A DNA stretch of 64,000 bases from Macrostomum lignano (lineage: Eukaryota): assembly GCA_002269645.1 (NCBI GenBank), contig NIVC01003618.1, positions 1-64,000 of the forward strand. The letters are read 5' to 3'. Both the position numbers and the translations under genes were made by a program. Positions 14,101 through 25,093 of the stretch are shown in pieces (position 1 is the stretch's first letter; each line of letters starts with the position of its first letter). The notes under the pieces were generated by a model. The model ran no database searches. It saw only the letters and a list, made by a program, of their open reading frames with translations, and had not been told where the DNA came from.

Positions 14101-14502
14101 CTCAGTATCCAAGATTGCTTCATTGACAGGATTAAAGTTTTTTGCTACAAAGATTACAGTCATACTATAGTGTGGCATATTCATTTGCAGCTATGAAATA
14201 TGAGAATGAAAAAATAGCTGCATGCGTTTGAGGCCACATCCATAGAGATCTAGCTTGTTCTAGAACCTTGGGACTTGGCTACTACTTCCTTTGCCGCATC
14301 ACTACGAAAACAATTATTTACTGAAGAAAACATGCAGCTAGAGACCAGCAACCCCAGCTCCTGTTCACTCAGCTGCGCCTCATTTTGAGTCATTTGGAAT
14401 AGCTCAAAAACCTTGGCCGATTTTCATTTTCTGTTGAAGCCTGAAGCATTCATCACTCTCATTCTAATTGATTGACAGGTGGCGGGTTGAGAGAGGCGAA
14501 GC

Positions 14503-14504
<2 letters not shown>

Positions 14505-14581
<77 letters not shown>
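14505..14581. repeat. (GA)n microsatellite
   Basis: Near-pure dinucleotide run. Confidence 0.95.
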
Positions 14582-14887
14582 GGCCTGCGGACCCGTGAAG
14601 GAGCCTGTTCTGCAGCCTGGCCACTCCATGCAGAGCTGCAATTAAGCATGCTGCAGGCCTCCTGTGCATCTGTGCATTCAACTGCTGTTGCAATACCTTT
14701 TTGTCCATCATGTCTAATTGGTGTCTGGTGGTGGCCAAGACGAGCTTTCGTCATTGAGCCCGAGCTCTGACATTGCTTGCAGCTGCAGCAATTAATTAGG
14801 CAGTTTAAGTGGTCTGGAGGGGCCACCTCATCCAGTGTGCTCTGCTGACTCAGCCTGCTCATGTAGCTTAAATTGCTTGGCATAAAT

Positions 14888-15545
<658 letters not shown>

Positions 15546-17242
15546 CACAAAGCCGCAGTGAAAGTGACCCAGGCTGCCACTTGTCAGAGGTGCCAAATTG
15601 ACTGCCCAGCGGGCGGTTTCCAATTAGGCGAGTATTTAAAAAAATCAGTGATCGGAGCGAAGTGGGAGGCGAGGCCTCAGCTGATAATTGCCCCGGCTTC
15701 CCCTTGGCCGGCACTTCACAATGCCTGACTTTGCTCGCCGCTAAGCACGCAGACCATTGGGGCGCAGCATTAAGGAAGTCGCTCCGGACGCCAGTGGAGC
15801 TTGCAGCCTCCCGCGGCGATCCTGGGAGCTTCTTGAACAGCTCAGAGACTCCCCGCTGCGACTTGCCGCCGAAGGCTGAAGCCAAGCGCGAGAATGGGGA
15901 TTTAGTTTTCTTTGAAGATCCCATTTCGATTCGACTCCCAACAATGGCCCTCTGCTTTTCCTGCAAAGTCGCTCCTCCCACCGTGCCTGCGGGGAGCTCC
16001 GACTTCGTTTTGGATTTGGGGTCAGTTGGCGGACCCCCGCCTGTGACACAATCTGGCGGCTTCCTCTCTGGATGCACCCACGGTTTTTCTTCCAGTTGTT
16101 GAAAATCTGCTCTATAAAGTTTGCCATCGATACATATCGGGAGAATAACTTTTCAACGCTATCTAATGTAGACGGAGACGATAAAATTAAGAACTGCGGG
16201 TCGAATTTATTCTGCAAAATAATTTTATTTGAAGAGTTAATGAAACATGAGGTGTGATGTTTTTTAAAGTTGACGATGCGTATACTACTTGAGTAGTCTG
16301 CTAAGCATGTATGAACCAGAGATGTATTTGTTTGTCAACGTGGCTTTGCGAGTACGAGCGTATGTCTTAGTGTCGAAAAGTTGGTTCCATCCATTAATCC
16401 AATTTGCCTTATATATCGGCAACGCCATCACTAACAACTTTTCTCTATTTAAAAACCACTGCGAAGAAGACATGCTTTAATATTTACAAAAGTTTAAATA
16501 TTAAAATATTTTAAAACTTAAACTGCAATTAATCCTACTGCAAGTAGCATGATGCGCCGAAAAGTTGAACTAAATGTAAGAAAAGATTTCAGTAATTGTT
16601 TTTGCACTTGATTCACACTAAATCACACTGAAGTTCAGTGTCAGGCTGACACGGATAGGTCGATTGTGCAAGACTTAAAATGCTAAGCTTGTAGATTAAA
16701 AGCAAATTCATATCAAATTTGAAATAGGATCTTTCAAGCATTAAGATACGAGTCGTACACTTCAAATGTTTTGAACATTATCTAGGCTCCCAGTGTGCTC
16801 AACTTAAAGCACCTAAGGTTATATGCGGGGCTTCACTTCTTCAGAAAAATCGGTCCTTAATGAATTTTTTCCTTAAAAATGTATCCTAACTGGTTGTTAA
16901 ATTTAGAATCCCGCAGATTTTTTACACCCTAAGAAAACGAAGTCTTTAATTCTGGTCTACAATACTTTTTGTATGATTGTGAACCTTAGCCAGCAGGCAA
17001 ATTAAGACGATGTAAGCATCATTTCATTTATCGGGCGTTGGGACAGGTTGAAACCGTCCCTCATATCAAATTGAACATAAAAGATGCTGACCTGCAGTGG
17101 AGGGTCTCTGAATTCCGTGTCGGTACTGTGGATTGGATTCTCAGAGATTCTAAATATAGCTCGCACGTATATACTATACAACTGTTCCTTCGAGTCTGAC
17201 AAGATATTTCTGTTTGTTATTTTATTAGCTTTTGTTTCTCAG

Positions 17243-18445
17243 TCCGGTTGACTCAGCTTGCGATTAAAAACAGAAAACTGCTCAGAATTGGCACTGAGTC
17301 ACTGCCAGTGCGTATTGAAAATAAGGAGAGGGTGCAAAACGGAGTCTTTGAAACATTGTAACGTAAATTTAAATGTCGAGAAGAATTATGGTTCCATCTT
17401 CCATGTTAACCGCTACTGCAACCGCCCCAGCAACCGCCCCAGCAACTGCTCCTGCAACCGCCCCAGGAACCGCCCCAGCAACTGCTCCTGCAACCGCCCA
17501 AGCAACCGCCCCAGCAACCGCCCCAGCAACCGCCCCAGCAACCGCCCCAGCAACCGCCCCAGCAACCGCCCCAGCAACCGCCCAGCAACCGCCCCAGCAA
17601 CCGCCCCAGCAACCGCCCCAGCAACCGCCCCAGCAACCGCCCCAGCAACCGCCCCTGCAACCGCCCCTGCAACCGCCCCTGCAACCGCTCCTGCAACCGC
17701 CCCTGCAACCGCCCCTGCAACCGCCCCTGCAACCGCTCCTGGACTGTCTGAGGTGAGTTTCGACAAGCAGTAAAAAGTACCAATTTTGTGTAGCCAGTAA
17801 CCCCACAGAAACTTAGAGAGTATCATTTTTCAAGCAAAAGCTGTATGATAAAACGAGATAAAGAGTTTCAGACAAGAAATCAAGAATGCAAGAATGGAGT
17901 TATGATATTTCGGGGTTTATGATGGGAAATGCTTTCGGAGTTGTAATTTTTCGGGTTTATGATGGCGACCCCCTAGCTGTGACGATGCTGTCAGTCAAGA
18001 CCGTTCTTTAAATTTCTCTTTCCCTTCACGATCTCATTTTGAAAGTGGCTCCCTGATCCCCATCAGCAAATATAATAAATAATTGAACGGAAATCCCCAG
18101 CTCTACGGGCGAGCCAGAAATGCAGTAAGTGTTTATATATCATCATCAATCGACCAAAGCTTTCTATCTTCCCAGGATTTATTTCCCATTTCCAATGATA
18201 GCCAACGATTTTTCATCCCAAAAAGACTGCTTGCCCGGAATTCAGGCCGCACCGGAGGTTTCGATTTCTCTCAGAGACTCTCGACCGAGTGCAGGGGAAG
18301 CAAATCTGGGATCCGGGATCAGGATGGCTTCTCGACCTCCGCCAGGCCTTGGCACTGCTCAGCGCCTTCCTTCCCTTCTCCCTTAGGAGTGACTCGCGAC
18401 CACCCTGCCTGCCTGCTGCACCTCCTGAGTGCTCTGCGGCCTTGA
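17243..18445 (+). CDS. Candidate orphan spliced gene with a Pro/Ala/Thr (or Pro/Gln) 12-bp-repeat exon; segments 17243-17752, 18101-18124, 18176-~18445
   Basis: Acceptor ttttgtttctcag (17242) with a CTGAC branch point; ATG at 17373; donor GAG|gtgagt (17753); 24-nt exon ending at GCA|gtaagt (18125); 51-nt intron ending tctatcttcccag (18175). I recognise no homology. Confidence 0.3.
17410..17740. repeat. 12-bp repeat (GCAACCGCCCCA)n
   Basis: About 27 units; one 11-bp unit near 17580 shifts the reading frame. Confidence 0.93.
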
Positions 18446-18489
18446 GCTGCACTTTTGGATTCTCTCTGCTCTGCGCCTTAACGTTAGCT

Positions 18490-21295
18490 CTCCTCTCCTC
18501 CTCTCGTCTCCTCTCCTCTCCTCTCCTCTCCTCTCCTCTCCTCTCCTCTCCTCTCCTCTCCTCTCCTCTCCTCTCCTCTCCTCTCCTCTCCTCTCCTCTC
18601 CTCTCCTCTCCTCTCCTCCCTCTCCTCTCCTCTCCTCTCCTCTCCTCTCCTCTCCTCTCCCTCCTCTCCCTCCTCTCCCCTCCTCTCCTCTCCTCTCCTC
18701 TCCTCTCCCCTCCTCTCCTCTCCTCTCCCCTCCTCTCCTCTCCTCTCCTCTCCTCTCCTCTCCTCTCCCCTCCTCTCCTCTCCTCTCCTCTCCTCTCCTC
18801 TCCTCTCCTCTCCTCTCCTCTCCCCTCCTCTCCTCTCCTCTCCCCTCCTCTCCTCTCCTCTCCTCTCCTCTCCTCTCCTCTCCTCTCCTCTCCTCCCCTT
18901 TCCTCTCCTCTCCAGAAAGCACGTATGTTGTCAAGACTTTCTGTGCTACGTGAAATCGCTTGAAGTAAAGTATAACCACAGATAATATATAAATGTATCT
19001 ATATAACTCTCCTCTCCTCTCCTCTCCTCTCCTCTCCTCCTCTCCTCTCCTCTCCTCTCCTCTCCTCTCCTCTCCTCTCCTCTCCTCTCCTCTCCCCTCC
19101 TCTCCTCTCCTCTCCCCTCCTCTCCTCTCCTCTCCTCTCCTCTCTCTCCTCTCCTCTCCTCTCCTCCCCTTTCCTCTCCTCTCCAGAAAGCACGTATGTT
19201 GTCAAGACTTTCTGTGCTACGTGAAATCGCTTGAAGTAAAGTATAACCACAGATAATATATAAATGTATCTATATAACTCTCCTCTCCTCTCCTCTCCTC
19301 TCCTCTCCTCTCCTCTCCTCTCCTCTCCTCTCCTCTCCTCTCCTCTCCTCCTCCCTCTCCTCTCCTCTCCTCTCCTCTCCTCTCCTCCCTCCTCTCCTCT
19401 CCTCTCCTCTCCTCTCCTCTCCTCTCTCTCCTCCCTCTCCTCTCTCTCCTCTCCTCTCCTCTCCTCCCTCCTCCGCTCTCTCCTCTCCCTCCTCTCCTCT
19501 CCTCTCCCCTCCTCTCCTCTCCTCTCCTCTCCTCTCCCCTCCTCTCCTCTCCTCTCCCCTCCTCCTCTCTCTCCTCTCCTCTCTCTCTCCCCTCCTCTCC
19601 TCTCCTCTCCTCTCCCCCTCTCCCCTCTCTCCTCCCTCCTCTCCTCTCCTCTCCTCTCTCTCCTCTCCCTCCTTCTCTCTCCTCTCCCCTCCTCTCCTCT
19701 CCTCTCCCCTCCTCTCCTCTCCTCTCCTCTCCTCTCCTCTCCTCTCGCTCTCCTCTCCTCTCCCCCTCTCCTCTCCTCTCCCTCCTCTCCTCTCCCTCCC
19801 TCTCCTCTCCTCTCCCTCTCTCCTCTCCTCCCCTNNNNNNNNNNNNNNNNNNNNNNNNNNNNNNNNNNNNNNNNNNNNNNNNNNNNNNNNNNNNNNNNNN
19901 NNNNNNNNNNNNNNNNNNNNNNNNNNNNNNNNNNNNNNNNNNNNNNNNNNNNNNNNNNNNNNNNNNNNNNNNNNNNNNNNNNNNNNNNNNNNNNNNNNNN
20001 NNNNNNNNNNNNNNNNNNNNNNNNNNNNNNNNNNNNNNNNNNNNNNNNNNNNNNNNNNNNNNNNNNNNNNNNNNNNNNNNNNNNNNNNNNNNNNNCTCTC
20101 CTCTCCCCTCCTCTTCCTCTCCTCTCCTCCTCTCTCTCCTCTCCCTCCTCTCTCTCACCTCCTATCCTCTCCTCTCCTCTCCTCTCCCTCTCCTACTCCT
20201 CTCCTCTCCTCTCCTCTCCCTCCCTACTCTCCTCTCCTCTCCTCTCCTCTCCTCTCCTCTCCTCTCCCTCCTCTCCCTCCTCTCCTCTCTCTCTCCCTCC
20301 CTCTCGCCTCTCCTCTCCTCTCTCTCTCCCCTCTCTCTCCTCTCCTCTCCTTCTCTCTCCTCTCCTCTTCCTCCTCTCCCTCCTCTCCCTCCCTCCTCTC
20401 CTCTCCTCTCCTCTCCTCTCCTCTCCTCTCCTCCCTCTCCCCTCTCCTCTCCCCCTCCTCTCCTCTCCTCTCCTCTCCCCTCCTCTCCTCTCCTCTCCTC
20501 TCTTCTCTCTCTCTCCTCTCCTCTCCCCCTCCTCTCCTCCCTCTCCTCTCCTCTCCTCCCTCTCCTTCTCCTCTCCTCTCTCCCCCTCCTCTCCTCTCCT
20601 CTCCTCTCCTCTCTTCTTCCTCTCTCTCCTCTCCTCTCCTCTCCTCCTCTCCTCTCCTCTCCTCTCCTCTCCTCTCTCTCCTCTCCTCTCCTCTCCTCTC
20701 CCCTCCTCTCCTCTCCTCTCCTCTCCCTCCTCTCCTCTCCTCTCCTCTCCTCTCCTCTCCTCTCCCTCTCCTCTCCTCTCCTCTCCTCTCCTCTCCTCTC
20801 TCTCTCTCCCGCTCCTCTCCTCTCCTCTCCTCTCCTCTCCTCTCCCCTCCTCTCCTCTCCTCTCCTCTCCTCTCCTCTCTCTCTACTCTCCTCTCCTCCT
20901 CCTCTCCTCCTCTCCTCCTCCCTCCTCTCCTCTCCTCTCCCCTCCTCTCCTCTCCTCTCCTCTTCCTCTCCTCTCCTCTCCTCTCCTCTCCTCTCCTCTC
21001 CCTCTCCTCTCCTCTCCTCTTCCTCTCCCCCTCTCTCTCCTCTCCTCTCCTCTCTCTCTCCTCTCCTCTCCACCTCTCCTCTCCTCCTCTCTCCTCTCCT
21101 CTCCTCTCCTCTCCTCCCTCTCCTCTCCTCTCCTCTCTCGATCCCTCTCCCTCTCTCTCCTCTCCTCCCTCTCCCCCTCCTCTCCTCTCTCCTCTCCTCT
21201 CCTCCCTCTCCTCTCCTCTCCTCGTCCTCTCCTCTCCTCTCCTCTCCTCTCCTCTCCTCTCCTCTCCCCTCCTCTCCTCTCTCTCTTCTCCTCTG
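18490..21295. repeat. (CTCTC)n pyrimidine tract containing a duplicated ~100-bp unique spacer and an assembly gap
   Basis: Degenerate pentamer repeat; identical spacers at 18912-19010 and 19183-19280. Confidence 0.9.
19835..20095. other. Assembly gap (261 N)
   Basis: Run of N. Confidence 1.
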
Positions 21296-22287
21296 TTATA
21301 TAGTATCTGTGACTGTAACTTATTACTAGAAAAGCTGAAAGAAACTAGAAGTTTATCTATTTTCAAATCAGTTGAAATTTCTACGAGCTAACAACTTCAT
21401 CTTGCGCACAGGAAATTAAAACAAAAGTTAGCTGACCTAAATTCACCTAAAAAGTGCAAATTGAACCCCCCCCCCAGTTGACAATCTGTTAGATCTAGTT
21501 CTTTTGCTGGCTGCTCAAACCTGCAGTGCAGAAGTTCACGTGATACCCAGTCACACAACTTGCCGTTCTTCTTATTGAAATGCCCTCCCCAGAGTGCGCA
21601 GCTAAAAGTACATCTGAGATTAATGGTCTCATTCAGATAAACTGAATGACAGAGATAAACCAGCATACGCACAAGCATGTCACTATGATGCACCGTTAGT
21701 CCATATCTGGAAGCCACTTCCACTGGGGGGTGTGGCCCCAGTGACACAGGACTCATCTCAGCAAGTGTTATTTAAAGACCAACCCAGCTCAGCCCATACC
21801 AAATTAAAACACTGAGTTCTGGCAGCAACCTCAGCCGCAGCGCACTGAAAGTTCACTGCTGCCCCACCCTCTGTATTCTGCATGTCTCTGCACTGCAGCG
21901 CATTTCTGTGTCGGACCACAACTTAGCTGAGAAAGGAGTGCCGTACAGTGTTGCTGGGGGGTCTATCAATATGGATGAGAGCGACCTCGGCCTTCCCAAG
22001 GGCGTTCTCTTAGCGCTGCGCACCCCGCTAAGCCCAGTGGCGCGTGGCGCGGGCCAGGGGTGAAGCCACACCGCTAGGCCAGTGACGGCATGTCCGAAGA
22101 GACCGAAACCTGTGGTCTGGAGTGGCAACTCCTTTCATAATGCCCCGGAGTTTTTTTGAGGTTCAAATGAGATAAAGATGAAACTTTTGGCAAGTTTTGT
22201 TTTGGCAAGCTGTAATTTGGTCTCATTTTTAGTTTGCGCTTAAATTCATTTTTGATCCCAATTTGTTCACCGGGTTTATTTTCTGAG

Positions 22288-23458
22288 GGAAGAGAGGAGA
22301 GAGGAGAGAGGAGAAAGGAGACATGACGAGGAGAGAGGAGAGAAGAGAGATGGGGAGAGGAGAGAAGAGGAGAGAGGAGAGGAGAGGAGAGAGAGGAGAG
22401 AGAGAAGAGAGTAGAGAGGGAAGAGAGAAAGTAGAGAGGAGAGGGGAGAGAAGAGAGAGTAGAGAGGAGAGGGGAGAGATGAGAGAGGAGTCGGAGAGTG
22501 GAGAGGAGGGAGGATAGAAGAGAGAGGAGAGAGGAGAGAGGAGAGAGGAGAGAGGAGAGAGGAGAGAGGAGAGTGGAGAGGAGGGAGGATAGAAGAGAGA
22601 GGAGAGGGGAGAGATGAGAGAGGAGTCGAGAGTGGAGAGGAGGGAGGATAGAAGAGAGAGGAGAGAGGAAGAGGAGAGAGGAGAGAGGAGAGAGGAGAGA
22701 GGAGAGTGGAGAGGAGGGAGGATAGAAGAGAGAGGAGAGAGGAGAGAGGAGAGAGGAGAGAGGAGAGAGGAGAGAGGAGAGAGGAGAGAGGAGAGATGGG
22801 GAGAGGAGAGGGGAGAGATGAGAGAGGAGTCGGAGAGTGGAGAGGAGGAGGATAGAAGAGAGAGGAGAGAGGAGAGAGGAGAGAGGAGAGAGGAGAGAGG
22901 AGAGAGGAGAGAGGAGAGTGGAGAGGAGGGAGGATAGAAGAGAGAGGAGAGGGGAGAGATGAGAGAGGAGTCGGAGAGTGGAGAGGAGGGAGGATAGAAG
23001 AGAGAGGAGAGAGGAGAGAGGAGAGAGGAGAGAGGAGAGAGGAGAGAGGAGAGAGGAGAGAGGATAGAAGAGAGAGGAGAGAGGAGAGAGAGAGAGAGAG
23101 GAGAGAGGAGAGAGGAGAGAGGAGAGAGGAGAGAGGAGAGAGGAGAGACGAGAGAGGAGAGATGGGGAGAGGAGAGAAGAGGAGAGAGGAGAGGAGAGGA
23201 GAGGAGAGAGAGGAGAGAGGGAAGAGAGAGTAGAGAGGAGAGGGGAGAGAAGAGAGAGTAGAGAGGAGAGGGGAGAGATGAGAGAGGAGTCGGAGAGTGG
23301 AGAGGAGGGAGGATAGAAGAGAGAGGAGAGGAGAGAGAGGAGAGAGGAGAGGAGAGAGAGGAGAGAGGAGAGAAGAGAGAGGAGAGAGGAGAGAGGAGAG
23401 AGGAGAGAAGAGAGAGGTGAGGGGAGAGAGGAGAGAGGAGAAAGGAGAGAGGAGGGAG
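22288..23458. repeat. (GAGAG)n purine tract with higher-order AGTCGGAGAGTGGAGAGGAGGGAGGAT blocks
   Basis: Purine-rich on the + strand; compositionally complementary to the 18490-21295 tract. Confidence 0.9.
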
Positions 23459-24236
23459 TAGGTACCTGTTTGATATTAATTACTATTTGCACTTTAACTT
23501 TATTCACTGTTTGTTGTTTGGTCCGGAGACAGCCTCCCAGAGAATGTGCGGCAGCTGTTGATGTTTGTCAGAAAATTCTCACTCCGCACTCCCAGATAAT
23601 AGCAAACAGACAGCCTTGGCTCGGATGCGAGGTACACTGAATGCGTACACTTAGCAGCACCCCCTGCCGCTGTCTCACGCCACTGTTGCAACTGCATTGG
23701 CTGGTACAAAGCCAGACTGCTCGGAGAGACAGACAGAGGCGGATAGAGAGGAGAGTGTACGGCCCGTAGCTGCACTGCCCCACAGATGCACACTCCGAGA
23801 GAAGAGAGAGGGGGAGAGGCAGCGGGAGAGCCGCACAGGGGGCGTCAGTGGCTGCATAGGACGAGGCTTCACTCGTGGACTTTACTCGCGGCCTTGGGAC
23901 GAGGCGGGGGGTTGGCAGTGCTGGGGGAAACTGGCCTTTATATGTCAGCCAGTTGGCCCTCTGCCTGGCCTTGCCCTGCCCCATTTTCCGCTCTGAATTT
24001 GGGAAGGAAGGAAGGAAGGTGACGCCAAGGAGTGAGTGGAGCAGGTGAGGCGGTGGAGCTCTAAGTGAAGAGGTTTAAGAAAGATCCGGTTCCGAGCAAC
24101 CCGAGTCAGGCGACTTCGCCACCAGCCACCTCGAGAGCAGATTGGTCCGCTAGCTTTCTGCTGTCCACTATATAGCGTTGGCATCGAGCCTCCCAGCTTA
24201 GACCAGAGCTAACTTCGTCCAGAACCAGCAGCAGAC

Positions 24237-24421
24237 ATGAACGTGGTCAGCCAGCTGTGGTCCACCGTGTCCACTACTGGACGCTGAACCCGCTGAACCC
24301 GGCCACCCTTTCCGGCGCTATCGACGTCATCGTGGTTGAGCAGCCGGACGGCACCTTGAAGAGCAGCCCGTTCCACGCCAGGTTCGGCAAGACTGGCATC
24401 CTCAGACCGCAGGAAAATGTG
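24237..24421 (+). CDS. LPIN: Lipin (phosphatidate phosphatase), exon 1 (NLIP domain), with a 1-nt frameshift as given
   Basis: ATG 24237 gives [11 protein letters not shown] (resembles MNYVGQL) but hits TGA at 24285. [50 protein letters not shown] is in another frame. Donor GTG|gtgagt at 24422. Confidence 0.9.
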
Positions 24422-24458
24422 GTGAGTAGCTGCTCCATGCTCATTTGATCATCTAGGT

Positions 24459-24844
24459 CAGGGGTCGGCAAACTCCGGCCCGCAAAGCCTCTCTATCCGG
24501 CACTAGGGTCCTTTGAAGCTTCACAGTAATGCTCAGGGTTTGTGTCTCTTCTCAGCTCTCCTCTGTCACCTCTCTCTTCTCCTCTCCTCTCTTCTCTCTT
24601 CCTCTCCTCTCCTCTCCTCTCCTCTCCTCTCCTCTCCTCTCCTCTCCTCTCCTCTCCTCTCCTCTCCTCTCCTCTCCTCTATTCTCTCCTACTTCATCTC
24701 TTCTCTCCTCTCGTCTCCTTTATTCCCTCTCCTCTTTTTTTCTATTTCCTTTCTCAATTTTCTCTCCCCTGTCCTATCCTCTGGCCCGCAGTCATGCGCT
24801 AGGTTCTCTATCTGGCCCTTACGGTAAAAAGTTGCCGACCCCTG
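24459..24844. mobile_element. hAT-superfamily (Charlie/MER58-like termini) non-autonomous MITE in lipin intron 1, with an internal (CTCTC)n expansion
   Basis: 13-bp perfect TIR CAGGGGTCGGCAA / TTGCCGACCCCTG; perfect 8-bp TSD ATCTAGGT at 24451-24458 and 24845-24852; subterminal GGCCCGC motifs. Confidence 0.9.
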
Positions 24845-25093
24845 ATCTAGGTGGATCATGAGCTCGGGACAGAACTTATCAAACCTCACCCAGTAATCCT
24901 ATCAGCTTATGTGTTTGAGGCCTGATTCCCAAACCCTGATCCAGTCCACTGAACCAAACAAGATTAGGTTAGTCGGGTTAGCGGCCGAAATCGAATAGAA
25001 CCAAGTGCACCCAGTTGAAAATGATTGAATTCATCCTGAACTCAGCCAGGCTGATCCCTTCTTAGTGTCCTATTTCTCCTCGCTCATTTCAAG

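Noticed and set aside
16289-16480. YLFVNVALR...WFHPLIQF resembling an ADP-ribosyltransferase helix (Y..LN.ALR)
   Set aside because: No downstream R, STS or ExE motifs and no phase-compatible splice sites. An HHpred search would settle it.
16082-17200. Alternative minus-strand exon-like segments (NKFDPQFL..., ALPIYKANW..., DSKEQLYS...)
   Set aside because: Splice phases do not join and they overlap the plus-strand candidates.
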